Shown one piece after another: positions 1 through 9,189 of a DNA stretch of 64,000 nt. The stretch is from Candidatus Binatia bacterium (lineage in GTDB: Bacteria > Chloroflexota > Dormibacteria > Aeolococcales > Aeolococcaceae), in the NCBI GenBank assembly GCA_035624785.1, contig DASPQV010000025.1, positions 285,323-349,322 of the forward strand, read 5' to 3'. The position numbers were made by a program, and so were the translations under genes. The notes beneath the pieces are model-generated. The model did no database searches and was not told the DNA's origin. It saw only the letters and a program-made list of their open reading frames with translations. Position 1 is the stretch's first letter. Each line of letters opens with the position of its first letter.

Positions 1-133
1 CCTTACTAGCAGCCCCGCCCGGTGCTGTCAATCTTGGGTTCGCCAGGCGCTGTCGGGCCGCCAGGGGGCCAGCTCAGAGACGGCCGCGGGAAGCGCGACA
101 GGGAACCTCCACTGATGGGTGTAGGATCCGCCC

Positions 134-790
134 GTGGCTGTGACAGGCGCGGCGATGATCCCGCTGGTGGGGGGCCACCTCGCCATCGACCTGGTCAACA
201 CCGTGAGCCCGCGACTGCCCTTTCCCGGCGAGGACTTCCTGGCGACACCCGAGGATCTCCTGGTCTGGGCGGGACGCACCGGAATCCTGGGCCAGGCCGA
301 GGCGGCGTCGGTAGCCGTGGCGTGGCGGACCTCGGACGCGGCAGCAGCCCGGGCCCTCGCGGCGGTGAAGGAGACCCGGGAATCGCTCGCGGCGGTGCTT
401 TCAACGCTGGTGTCGGGAACCCCCCAGGAAGCGGTGCACATCGCGCTCCAGCACCTCGCCCTCGGCTGGGCCACGGCCGCGGCCCGCTCCCGCCTGGTGC
501 TGAGTGGAGAGCGAGGCGTGGCCGCCCACCGGGTCGTTGCCTCACCCGCCGAGCTCCTGATCCCCGACCGCATCGCCGACGCCGCCGTGCAGCTGCTCTG
601 CGACGTCGACCTCTCCACGCTCCGCATGTGCCCGCCTGAGCTGGGGGGGTGCGGCTGGCTCTTCATCGACCGCACCCGGAACGGCTCGCGGCGCTGGTGC
701 ACCGTGGACGTCTGCGGCAACGAGGCCAGGTCGCGCCGGCAGGCGGAGAGACGGCGGCTGCGGCGAGAAGCTCCCCAGCCCGTCGGTTGA
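134..790 (+). CDS. ABATE-domain protein with C-terminal CGNR zinc finger (putative stress-responsive regulator)
   Basis: C-terminal 'CPPELGGCGWLFIDRTRNGSRRWCTVDVCGNEAR' matches the CGNR zinc-finger pattern (C-x-C ... RRWC ... CGNR). High GC3 in this frame. Confidence 0.7.
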   Translation: MAVTGAAMIPLVGGHLAIDLVNTVSPRLPFPGEDFLATPEDLLVWAGRTGILGQAEAASVAVAWRTSDAAAARALAAVKETRESLAAVLSTLVSGTPQEAVHIALQHLALGWATAAARSRLVLSGERGVAAHRVVASPAELLIPDRIADAAVQLLCDVDLSTLRMCPPELGGCGWLFIDRTRNGSRRWCTVDVCGNEARSRRQAERRRLRREAPQPVG

Positions 791-901
791 GGAGCCCCGG
801 CGCCCGGTCCCGGCCGGGCTCGAGCCTGTGTGTCATGCTCTGGTGCCGAGGGCGCCGGGCGGACGGGCCGCCCCACCGGCGGTCGCAGGGAGGAGAGACA
901 G

Positions 902-1267
902 ATGGGTAAGGTCGTGCACTTCGAGATCACCGCCGACGACCTCGCTCGAGCCAGGAAGTTCTACGAGCTGTTCGGCTGGGAGATCAGTGACGCCGGGATG
1001 CCGGGGGCCGACTACTGGCTGGCCCACACCGGCCCGGACGGCGAGATGGGGACCAGCGGGGCCATCATGCCCCGCACCTACAACTCGCAGCCAGCGATCC
1101 TGTGGATCGGCGTGGACGACATAGACTCCATGATCGAGAGGGTCAAGTCGGGCGGCGGCAGCATCGCCGGCGAGAAGCAGACCGTGCCCGACGTGGGCAT
1201 CACCATCTACGCGAAGGACACCGAGGGCAACACGTTCGGCATGATCCAGCCGTTCCCCCGCGGCTGA
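902..1267 (+). CDS. VOC family protein (glyoxalase/bleomycin-resistance fold)
   Basis: 'MGKVVHFEI...GGSIAGEKQTVPDVGITIYAKDTEGNTFGMIQ' is a typical small VOC fold. Start taken at internal ATG 902, preceded by GGGAGGAGAGACAG. The track ORF starts at 830. Confidence 0.7.
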   Translation: MGKVVHFEITADDLARARKFYELFGWEISDAGMPGADYWLAHTGPDGEMGTSGAIMPRTYNSQPAILWIGVDDIDSMIERVKSGGGSIAGEKQTVPDVGITIYAKDTEGNTFGMIQPFPRG

Positions 1268-1387
1268 TCGCGGCCGGCTCAGCCGGAAGCCGGCGTCGGG
1301 GATGGCGCACCATGCGGGCAAGCCGAACTGACATCGCCGCACCTCGGGGGTGGCCATGAGCCCTGAACGCGCCCGGAGCGCCGCCGC

Positions 1388-2407
1388 GTGACGCCGCACA
1401 CGGTCCGCTGGGGCGTCCTCTCCACCGCCGACATCAACGCCTCGCTGATACCCGGCCTGCTCGCCGCCGATGGCTGCGCGCTGGAGGGGATCGCGTCACG
1501 CTCTCGCGACCGCGCCGAGGCGGCGGCGGCCCGCTGGGGCTGCCGGCCTTACGACTCCTACGAAGCGCTGCTCGGCGACCCCTCGATCGATGCCGTCTAC
1601 ATCCCCCTGCCCAACCACCTGCATGCCGAGTGGACCATCAAGGCGCTCGAGGCAGGCAAGCACGTCCTCTGCGAGAAGCCTGTGGCGCTCTCGGTGACCG
1701 AGGTCGACCGCATCGCGGCGGCGGCACAGCGCGCCGGCCGCCTGGTCCTCGAGGCCTTCATGTACCGCCACGCGCCGCGGTGGCGGCGGGCCGTCGCCCT
1801 GGTCGCCAGCGGGGCGATCGGGGAGCCACGCATCGTCAGAGTCGGCTTCGCGTTCTTCGTGGCCACCGATCTCGCCAACATCCGCTTCAGGCCGGAGGCC
1901 GGGGGAGGGATCGTCTGGGACATGGGCTGCTACGCCGCCAACATGGCGAGGGGAATGCTGCGCCAGGAGCCAGCCGAGGTCTTCGCCTTCGCCGAGTCGC
2001 GTGAGGGTGTGCCGGTGGAGACGACGGTCTCCGGGGTCATGCGCTTCCCGGGCAAGGTTGCCGCGCCGTTCTGGATCAGCTTCGACTTCGGCAACCCCTT
2101 CGCCCAGGTGGAGGTGGTCGGCAGCCACGGCTGGATCGCCCTCCCGGGCACCGGGTTCCGGCACGAGCCCCTGACCAAGCTTCTCCTCCACGAGGGCGGG
2201 GCCGAGGTGTACGCGGAAGGTGTCGAGCCCACCGTGGAGAGCTTCACCTTCGTCGACCCGTACCGCCTGGAGGTCGAGCATCTCTCCGATGCCATCCGCG
2301 GACGCTCTGGGCTGGACTACGGGCTGGCTGAGGCGCGCGCCAACACCGCGGCCCTCCAGGCGATGCACCGGTCGATCGCCGGCCGCAGGCCCGAGCCGGT
2401 AACGTGA
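1388..2407 (+). CDS. Gfo/Idh/MocA family NAD(P)-dependent oxidoreductase
   Basis: N-terminal Rossmann segment 'VRWGVLSTADINASLIPGL', 'EKPVALSVTEVDRIAAAAQRAGRLVLEAFMYRH' and a C-terminal alpha/beta domain. Confidence 0.8.
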   Translation: MTPHTVRWGVLSTADINASLIPGLLAADGCALEGIASRSRDRAEAAAARWGCRPYDSYEALLGDPSIDAVYIPLPNHLHAEWTIKALEAGKHVLCEKPVALSVTEVDRIAAAAQRAGRLVLEAFMYRHAPRWRRAVALVASGAIGEPRIVRVGFAFFVATDLANIRFRPEAGGGIVWDMGCYAANMARGMLRQEPAEVFAFAESREGVPVETTVSGVMRFPGKVAAPFWISFDFGNPFAQVEVVGSHGWIALPGTGFRHEPLTKLLLHEGGAEVYAEGVEPTVESFTFVDPYRLEVEHLSDAIRGRSGLDYGLAEARANTAALQAMHRSIAGRRPEPVT

Positions 2408-2408
2408 G

Positions 2409-2459
2409 GGTGCACACCCTCTCGCCAAATGCCCGGCTTTAGGCCAGCAATGGCCTAAA
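2409..2459. terminator. Two hairpins between convergent genes, putative bidirectional terminator
   Basis: First hairpin GAGGGT-gcac-ACCCTC. Second hairpin TTTAGGCCA-gcaa-TGGCCTAAA is a perfect 9-bp stem with a GNRA-type tetraloop and A/T runs on both sides. Both lie between the stop of the Gfo/Idh/MocA gene (2407) and the stop of the GT39 gene (2534). Confidence 0.4.
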
Positions 2460-2533
2460 CGGGGGGGCGAGGCCCACCAGACGCGGGGTGCCGCCTCGGG
2501 CTGGGAGCGGGGCCGACACCCTCTCCGCGGGGC

Positions 2534-4711
2534 TCAAGTTCCGTTGGACGGTGCGGTGAGGTCGTAGACGGTCGTGCCGTCCACCGTCGTGGACGAGAAG
2601 TGGGCCTCCACCCAGGCGATGATGGCGCTGGAAGCCGACGACCCGCCCACGCCGCCGCCGGGGATGAAGTAGTGGACCTTGCCCTCGCTCACCAGCTTCT
2701 CGAAGGCGCTGAGGGTCGGCCAGGGGTCGGTGCCGTTGAAGCCGCCGATCGCCATCACCGGGTCCCCGGTGGCCAGCTGGTAGCCGGCCGCGTTGTTGGC
2801 TCCGACCGTCGCCGCCACCCACTGGTACCTCGAGGCCTGCTTCTCCAGGGTGCTCACCACGGCGGCCGCGGGCGTGCCGGCGTTGAGCAGCCCGCCCCCG
2901 GCCCCTCCCGGAGCCCCCGCGCCGGAGCGGGAGCTCGGCGCGCCCGGAGGCTGGAAGGCACCACCGGTCCCCGGACCGGACGCCGACCCGCCGCCGCTGC
3001 CTCCGAGCCGCGGGCCGGCGGCTCCGCCGGGCCCGGCGCCGATGGCCGCACCGCCGCCGGCATTGCCACCGGCGGGAATCCCGTTGCCGCCAGCCGGGAG
3101 ACCAGAGGCACCGGCGGGGAGCGCCAGGGTCCCGCCTGGGAAGGCGCCTCCCGGTATGCCGCCCGCCCCCGCGCCGCCCGGTCCCGTGGCGGAAGCCACC
3201 ACCGGACCCGCCGAGGGAATCGCGCCGCTGTGCGGAGTCGCCACGGTGTCCAGGGTGTAGGCGACCGGCCCTGCCAGCGCCGCCAGCAGCGATGCGGCGG
3301 CGAGCCCCCCAAGCAGAATGGCGGCGGCGCGTTGCGAACCCGCCGCCAGCGATGCCATTACGCGCGGAAGCGCCAGCCAGGCAACCGCGCTGAGGGAGCC
3401 TGCGACGACGATCGAGGTCCGCAGCCAGGGGAGCCAGTCCGGGCTCCGCCCCAGCAGGGCGTAGGCCCAGACCGAGGTCGCCACGAGCGCCGCCGCGGCC
3501 ACGCCGCGCACCGCCAGCCGCCGGCGCTCCCGCCACAGCTCGACCCCGCCCATGCCCACCAGCGCTCCGATCGCCGGGGCCAGGGCGACCGTGTAATAGG
3601 GGTGGATGATGCCCTGGGCGAAGCTGAAGAGCAGGCCGGTGAGGACGAGCCAGCCACCCCAGAGCAGAGCGGCGGCGCGCCTGCCGTCCCGTCGCGGCGC
3701 CCGGCCCCGGAGCCAGATCACGGCAACGCTGACGACCAGCGCGGCCGGGATCAGCCAGCTCGCCTGGCCGCCGAACGAATCGTTGAACATCCGGAAGAGC
3801 CCGGTGGGCCCCCACCCGGACGGCCCGCCGACGCTTCCCGTCTCGCTGCCGGTGATGCGCCCGAAGCCGTTGTACCCGAAGATCAGGTTGAGGATGCTGT
3901 TGTCGCTGGAGCCGCCGATGTAGGGACGGTCGGCGGCGGGCCAGAGCGCGACCAGGGCGACCCACCAGCCCGCCGACAGCAGCACCGCGAGCCCGGCGCC
4001 GGCAAGGTGGGCCAATCGCCGGAGCAGCGTGACCGGTGCGGCGAGCAGGTAGACGCCGGCGAACACCGGCAGGACCACGAAGGCCTGGAGCATCTTGGTG
4101 AGAAAGCCGAGGCCCACCAGGACCCCGGCGAGCAGCAGCCAGCGGAACCTGCCGCGCTCGAGGGCCCGGGTCAGTGCATAGGCGCTGGCGACCAGGAGGA
4201 GGACGAGCAGGGCATCCGGGTTGTTGAACCGGAACATCAGCGCGGCCACCGGGGTGAGAGCGAACACCGCTCCGGCGACGAGTCCAGCGGCGTGGCCGAA
4301 GTCACGCCGGACGGTGGCGTAGAGAAGGCCAACCGCGGCCACCCCCTCGAGCGCCTGGGGAACCAGGATGCTCCAGGCGTTGACACCGAAGACGCGGGCC
4401 ACCAGCTCCATGACCCAGAGCGATGCCGGAGGCTTGTCGACGGTGATGAAGTTCGAAGCGTCGAAGGAGCCGAACAGGAAGGCCTTCCAGCTGCTCGCCC
4501 CGGCCTGCACCGCGGCCGAATAGAAGCTGTTGGCCCAGCCGGACGCCCCCAGGTCCCACAGGTAGAGGACCGCGGCGCCGGCGAGCAGAGCCAGCACGGT
4601 GAGCCGCTGGGGGGTGAAGAGGCGAGCCGCCTCGACGAGGCGCGAGCGGGCGCTCGAGCGCTCGACGACCGGGACCGGGAGTGGGATCGCGCTCGCGGGC
4701 AGGGTTGCCAT
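2534..4711 (-). CDS. Glycosyltransferase family 39 protein O-mannosyltransferase-like (Pmt/ArnT fold) with Gly-rich linker and C-terminal extracytoplasmic domain
   Basis: Polytopic N-terminal half with a GT39-like loop ('FGVNAWSILVPQALEGV', 'MFRFNNPDALL'). The long Gly/Ala/Pro low-complexity region is followed by 'GFNGTDPWPTLSAFEKLVSEGKVHYFI'. Start moved to internal ATG (residue 74 of the track ORF), which gives a divergent promoter region shared with the GT2 gene. Confidence 0.7.
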   Translation of the reverse strand: MATLPASAIPLPVPVVERSSARSRLVEAARLFTPQRLTVLALLAGAAVLYLWDLGASGWANSFYSAAVQAGASSWKAFLFGSFDASNFITVDKPPASLWVMELVARVFGVNAWSILVPQALEGVAAVGLLYATVRRDFGHAAGLVAGAVFALTPVAALMFRFNNPDALLVLLLVASAYALTRALERGRFRWLLLAGVLVGLGFLTKMLQAFVVLPVFAGVYLLAAPVTLLRRLAHLAGAGLAVLLSAGWWVALVALWPAADRPYIGGSSDNSILNLIFGYNGFGRITGSETGSVGGPSGWGPTGLFRMFNDSFGGQASWLIPAALVVSVAVIWLRGRAPRRDGRRAAALLWGGWLVLTGLLFSFAQGIIHPYYTVALAPAIGALVGMGGVELWRERRRLAVRGVAAAALVATSVWAYALLGRSPDWLPWLRTSIVVAGSLSAVAWLALPRVMASLAAGSQRAAAILLGGLAAASLLAALAGPVAYTLDTVATPHSGAIPSAGPVVASATGPGGAGAGGIPGGAFPGGTLALPAGASGLPAGGNGIPAGGNAGGGAAIGAGPGGAAGPRLGGSGGGSASGPGTGGAFQPPGAPSSRSGAGAPGGAGGGLLNAGTPAAAVVSTLEKQASRYQWVAATVGANNAAGYQLATGDPVMAIGGFNGTDPWPTLSAFEKLVSEGKVHYFIPGGGVGGSSASSAIIAWVEAHFSSTTVDGTTVYDLTAPSNGT

Positions 4712-4841
4712 GAGGGCAGCATCCCGGAGCCGGCGCAGAGGCTCCTGGGAGGCCGCTGGGATTCTGCTGTGAGCCCACTTCACATCGACCTCACAGGGAA
4801 TCCGGAGGGAGGGCTGAGCCGGGAGGGCGATCCTGGCCCTC

Positions 4842-6026
4842 ATGAGCGTCGCCGCCCCCCTTCGGGTCATCGCCCCCGAGCCCTCGCCGGCCGGTTCACC
4901 CCTCGTCGAGATCGTGATCCCGGTCCACAACGAGGAGCGCGACCTCGGTCCGAGCGTGCACCGGCTGCACGCCTACCTCGACGAGGCGTTCCCCTTCCCG
5001 ACGCGGATCACCATCGCCGACAACGCCAGCACCGACCGCACCCGCGCCATCGGGCTGCGGCTCGCCGACGAGCTGCCCGGCGTGGACTACGTGCGCCTGC
5101 AGGCCAAGGGCCGCGGCCTGGCGCTGGCCGCCACCTGGCTCGGCAGTGACGCCATGGTCCTGGCGTACATGGACGTCGACCTCTCCACCGACCTCGACGC
5201 TCTGCTGCCCCTGGTGGCTCCTCTTATCAGCGGCCACAGCGCGCTGGCGATCGGCAGCCGCCTGGCCAGAGGGGCGCGGGTGCGGCGGGGGGTGCGGCGC
5301 GAGCTGATCTCTCGGAGCTACAACCTGATCCTCCGGCTCACCCTCGGGGTGCGCTGCCGCGATGCGCAGTGCGGCTTCAAGGCGATCAGGGCGGACGTCG
5401 CGCGCCGCCTGGTGCCCCGAGTCAAGAACCGCAACTGGTTCTTCGACACCGAGCTCCTGGTGCTGGCGGAGCGGGAGGGGCTGCGCATCACCGAGCTGCC
5501 GGTGGACTGGACCGACGACACCGACTCGCGGGTGCGCGTCGCCGCCACCGCGATCGAGGACCTGCGGGGCGTCATCCGGCTGCTGGTGAGCCGGGGCGGT
5601 CCCCACCGCCTGCTGCGCTTCGCCGGGGTCGGCGGCCTCAGCACCCTCGCCTACGCCGGGCTGTACTGGTGGCTGCGCGGCGTGACCTCGGTGTCAGTGG
5701 CCAACGTGTCGGCACTGCTGGTCACGGCGGTGGCCAACACCGCGGTCAACCGGCGCTTCACCTTCGGGGTCAGCGGCCGGGCCGGCATCTGGAGCGACCA
5801 GGCGGCCGGCCTGATCGCCTTCGGCATCGCGCTGCTGATGACCGAGGCTGCGTCATGGCTGCTCAGCACCCTCGCCCCCCAGGCCGGCCGGCTCGTCGAG
5901 GTAGCGGTGCTGACCGCCGCCAACGTGGCCGCCACGCTGGTCCGCTTCCTGGTGTTGCGCGGCTGGCTCGGCAGCGAACGGCGCCGGCCGGTGCCGCCGG
6001 CCCGCGGCGCCGACGCCCCGCGCTGA
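4842..6026 (+). CDS. GT2 polyprenol-phosphate mannosyltransferase (Ppm1/DPM1-like) fused to a C-terminal GtrA-like 4-TM domain
   Basis: 'VEIVIPVHNEE', 'ITIADNASTDRT', 'YMDVDLSTD' and 'CGFKA' are GT2 DXD/QxxRW-type motifs. The C-terminal 130 aa form four hydrophobic helices typical of GtrA. Confidence 0.75.
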   Translation: MSVAAPLRVIAPEPSPAGSPLVEIVIPVHNEERDLGPSVHRLHAYLDEAFPFPTRITIADNASTDRTRAIGLRLADELPGVDYVRLQAKGRGLALAATWLGSDAMVLAYMDVDLSTDLDALLPLVAPLISGHSALAIGSRLARGARVRRGVRRELISRSYNLILRLTLGVRCRDAQCGFKAIRADVARRLVPRVKNRNWFFDTELLVLAEREGLRITELPVDWTDDTDSRVRVAATAIEDLRGVIRLLVSRGGPHRLLRFAGVGGLSTLAYAGLYWWLRGVTSVSVANVSALLVTAVANTAVNRRFTFGVSGRAGIWSDQAAGLIAFGIALLMTEAASWLLSTLAPQAGRLVEVAVLTAANVAATLVRFLVLRGWLGSERRRPVPPARGADAPR

Positions 6027-6038
6027 GATCCGGACACC

Positions 6039-7451
6039 TCAGCTCCGCAGCGGCAGCTCGATCCTGAAGGTGGCCCCGCCGCCTCGGGTTTCGCTGACAC
6101 CGACCCGGCCGCCATGGGCGGCGACCACCGCGGCGACGATGCTGAGCCCGAGCCCGCTCCCACCCTGGTCCCGGCTGCGCTCCGGGTCGACGCGGTGGAA
6201 CCTCTCGAAGATCCGGCCGCGCGCGGCGATAGGTATTCCGGGTCCGTGGTCGGCGACCTCGATCACCGCCCGGCCATCCTCCTGCCGCAGGGCCACGTCG
6301 ATGGGAGTACCGGGAGGCGTGTGCACCACCGCGTTGCGCAGCAGGTTGGCCATGACCTGGCGCAGCCGCGGCTCGTCCCCGGAGACGGTGAGCGGCGCCG
6401 CGGTACGGACCGTGACCGCCCGCCCCGGGTCGCTGACCCGCGCGTCGGCGCAGGCATCGGAGACCAGGGCCTCCAGGTCCACCGGCGCCCTCTCGAGCGG
6501 CCTGCCCTGGTCGAGCCGGGCCAGGAGCAGCAGGTCATCGACAAGCAGACCCATGCGCCGGGCCTCGTCCTCGATGCGCCGGATGGCCATCTCCAGCTCC
6601 TCCGGGCTCATCCCCGGATTTCGCCGCAGCAGCTCGGCATAGCCGCGCATCGAGGTGAGCGGCGTACGCAGCTCGTGGGACGCGTCCGAGACGAACTGGC
6701 GCAGCCGCTGCTCGACCGCCACCCGCTGGGCGAAGGCGGCCTCGAGCTGCTCGAGCATGGTGTTGAGAGCGAGGCCGAGGCGGCCCACCTCGCTCTCCTG
6801 GTCCGACGGGGTGACCCGCCTGCCCAGCTCACCGCCGGCGATCGCGTGGGCCGTCGCTGCCATGCGGTCGAGCGGGCGGAGCCCGCGGCGGACGATCAGC
6901 CACGCCGCCAGCACCAGCAGCACGACCACCGCCAAACCGACCAGCACCTCGAGGAGCAGCAGGTGGCCGAGGCTGGCGTCGTACGTGTCCATGGGGACGG
7001 CGGCGACCACCAGTTCGCCGCTCCCGTCGTCGGCCACCTGGCTGTAGACCAGGTAGCTCTGGTACTGGCCCGCCCCGCTGACCGTCAGGTAGCGCCCGGC
7101 GGAGGCGGCCAGGTCGGAGGGGAGCACGGGGTGGTTGGCGGTGGCGCTCAATCGGTCCGAGGAGGGGAAGCCAAGGAACTGGGGACTGGCCACCACCGCG
7201 CCCGACGCCGAGAGGACCTCGCCCCAGACGACCCCGGGCTGGGAGCCGGCGCCGGCCGGGCCACCTCCGGGCGGCCCTCCCGGGCCACCGAGAAAGGCGC
7301 TCTGCACCCAGCCCTGCGCGTTGGTGGCCTGCTCCTGGAGCTGACCGAAGAGGAACGACTGCTGATCCGCGTAGACCGCGGCGTCGGCAACCGCCAGGCA
7401 GAGGACGAAGAGAGGGACCAGGGCGAGGAGGAGACGTGCCCGCAGGGTCAT
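6039..7451 (-). CDS. Two-component sensor histidine kinase (HAMP-HisKA-HATPase_c)
   Basis: Two TM segments and H-box 'SHELRTPLTSMRGYAELL'. The HATPase_c region has G-box-like 'GSGLGLSIVAAVVAAHGG' and N-box-like 'LLRNAVVHTPPG'. The stop is adjacent to the start of the upstream response regulator gene. Confidence 0.85.
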   Translation of the reverse strand: MTLRARLLLALVPLFVLCLAVADAAVYADQQSFLFGQLQEQATNAQGWVQSAFLGGPGGPPGGGPAGAGSQPGVVWGEVLSASGAVVASPQFLGFPSSDRLSATANHPVLPSDLAASAGRYLTVSGAGQYQSYLVYSQVADDGSGELVVAAVPMDTYDASLGHLLLLEVLVGLAVVVLLVLAAWLIVRRGLRPLDRMAATAHAIAGGELGRRVTPSDQESEVGRLGLALNTMLEQLEAAFAQRVAVEQRLRQFVSDASHELRTPLTSMRGYAELLRRNPGMSPEELEMAIRRIEDEARRMGLLVDDLLLLARLDQGRPLERAPVDLEALVSDACADARVSDPGRAVTVRTAAPLTVSGDEPRLRQVMANLLRNAVVHTPPGTPIDVALRQEDGRAVIEVADHGPGIPIAARGRIFERFHRVDPERSRDQGGSGLGLSIVAAVVAAHGGRVGVSETRGGGATFRIELPLRS

Positions 7452-7452
7452 G

Positions 7453-8163
7453 TCAGCCGGGGCGAGGTGGCCGGAGCACGTAGCCGACCCCTCGGACGGT
7501 CTGGATCAGGGGTGGGTCGGCAAAGTCCACCTTGCGCCGCAGGTAGCTGATGTACGTCTCCAGGACGCCGGCGTCGCCCCCGAAGTCGTAGTCCCAGACG
7601 TGGTCGAGGATCTGGGCCCGGGAGAGAACACGGCGGGGGTTCGACAGCAGGTAGCGGAGCAGCCGGAACTCGGTGCGGGTCAGCTCCACCGGCTGGCCCG
7701 CCCGCCACACCTCATGGGTCTCCTCGTCGAGCTCGAGGTCGGCGCACACCAGGCGGCTGCTGGGCGCCGAGGGCCCGCCCTCGTAGCGCCTCAGCACGGC
7801 GCGGATCCGGGCCACCAGCTCCTCGATGCTGAAGGGCTTGGTGACGTAGTCGTCGCCCCCGACGGTGAGGCCGCGCACCTTCTCCTCGGTGGCGTCGCGG
7901 GCGGTGAGGAAGATCACGGGAACCCGAAGGCCATCGGCGCGGAGGCGCTGGGTCAGCTGGAAGCCGTCCTCGTCGGGGAGGCCGACGTCGAGGACGACGA
8001 GAGCCGGCCGCCTGTCGAGCACCGCCTGTCGCGCCTGGCGGGCGGTGGCCGCCGTGTCCACCGCGAAGCCCTCGTAGCGGAGGGCGAGCGCCACCAGGTC
8101 GGTGATGTTCCGCTCGTCGTCGACAACCAGCACTCGGGTCGGTTCCGCCGCGGTCGGGGCCAC
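7453..8163 (-). CDS. OmpR/PhoB-family response regulator
   Basis: Receiver domain 'RVLVVDDERNITDLV...VVLDVGLPDEDG...LTARD' plus a winged-helix C-terminus 'LTRTEFRLLRYL...VRGVGYVL'. Confidence 0.9.
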   Translation of the reverse strand: MAPTAAEPTRVLVVDDERNITDLVALALRYEGFAVDTAATARQARQAVLDRRPALVVLDVGLPDEDGFQLTQRLRADGLRVPVIFLTARDATEEKVRGLTVGGDDYVTKPFSIEELVARIRAVLRRYEGGPSAPSSRLVCADLELDEETHEVWRAGQPVELTRTEFRLLRYLLSNPRRVLSRAQILDHVWDYDFGGDAGVLETYISYLRRKVDFADPPLIQTVRGVGYVLRPPRPG

Positions 8164-8274
8164 AGCTCACCATGGTGGCAGCGATTCCTGGGAGTCTGCT
8201 CAGAGATTGCTGAGGGGCGGGTGGGCGGTAGACTGCGGCGGACGGGCAGCGGGTCGGGAAGCAAGGAGACGCCC

Positions 8275-8790
8275 ATGGCAAACGAGGTTTTCGAGGCGGC
8301 GCGGACCGTGCTCGCCGTCCGCGAGTTCGCGGATCGACCGGTGCCTGATGACGTGATCCGGCGTGTCGTCGAGGCGGGGCGTCTCTCCGCAAGCAGCATG
8401 AATCTCCAGCCCTGGCACTTCGTGGTGGTGCGGGATCGTGAACGCCTGCAGGAGCTGGGCAGGCTCGTGAAGACGGGGCCGTACAACGCCCAGGCCGCAT
8501 TTGCCGTCGTGGCGGCCTACCAGCGCTCCAGCCGCTTCGGCGTCTCCGACCTCAGCCGAGCCATCCAGACCATGATGCTGACCGCCTGGGCAGACGGCGT
8601 CGGGTCCAACTGGACCGGCTTCGGCGGGCTCGACGGCGTCCGGGAGTACGTGGGCCTGGACCCGAGCTACGAGGTGCTCGCGGTCGTGCCCTTCGGCTAC
8701 CCGGCCCGCCGGGTGGGGCTGGGCAAGAAGAACCGCAAGCCGGTCGGCGAGGTGGCCTCACTGGAGAGGGCGGGGTCGCCCTTCGCCTGA
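8275..8790 (+). CDS. Nitroreductase family protein
   Basis: 'RPVPDDVIRRVVEAGRLSASSMNLQPWHFVVV' is typical of nitroreductases. ATG 8275 is preceded by AAGGAGAC. The 5' part of the track ORF (7450-8274) is an antisense shadow of the response regulator. Confidence 0.8.
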   Translation: MANEVFEAARTVLAVREFADRPVPDDVIRRVVEAGRLSASSMNLQPWHFVVVRDRERLQELGRLVKTGPYNAQAAFAVVAAYQRSSRFGVSDLSRAIQTMMLTAWADGVGSNWTGFGGLDGVREYVGLDPSYEVLAVVPFGYPARRVGLGKKNRKPVGEVASLERAGSPFA

Positions 8791-8913
8791 TGGCCGCGCG
8801 GCGCAGCCGACGTCGCCGCCCTGGCAGATCGCGACTCCCGCGCATCGGATGTGTGCAGTCGCTTCGATGTGCTCGAGCCCATCGTCGACGGGTGGCACGC
8901 GTGCGCCACGCCA

Positions 8914-8937
8914 GTTATGGAATTCTCTGTCCATAAC
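8914..8937. promoter_or_regulatory. AT-rich inverted repeat GTTATGGA-N8-TCCATAAC (candidate operator)
   Basis: Perfect 8-bp arms in a strongly GC-rich background. Located in the 400-bp intergenic region about 255 bp upstream of the quinone-oxidoreductase start. Confidence 0.3.
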
Positions 8938-9189
8938 CCGGTGGATCACTCGCGGTGTCCGCCAGGCCCTGGCAACGCCCCTGGCATCGAGGGGAAGATC
9001 CGCGAGGCGAGCAATGCGGCGGCGCCGATGGTTGGGTGCGCGTCCGCCCACCCAGCCGCGAGCGGTGGGGGGGTCGGGGGCCGGGAGGGCGGGAGAGTGA
9101 TGGCGCTCCGAGGCGGCGGCCCGGCGTCACCGGAGGGGAGAATCACCGCTGACGCCCTGGGCGGCGGGGAGAAAAGCGGAGGAATCGCG

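Noticed and set aside
2439-5149. Long ORFs 2439..3965(-) and 2600..5149(+), 508 and 849 aa, overlapping the GT39 gene
   Set aside because: Arg/Pro/Gly-dominated translations with no domain signal. They are out of frame or antisense to a gene with clear GT39 topology and good GC3. These are high-GC shadow ORFs.
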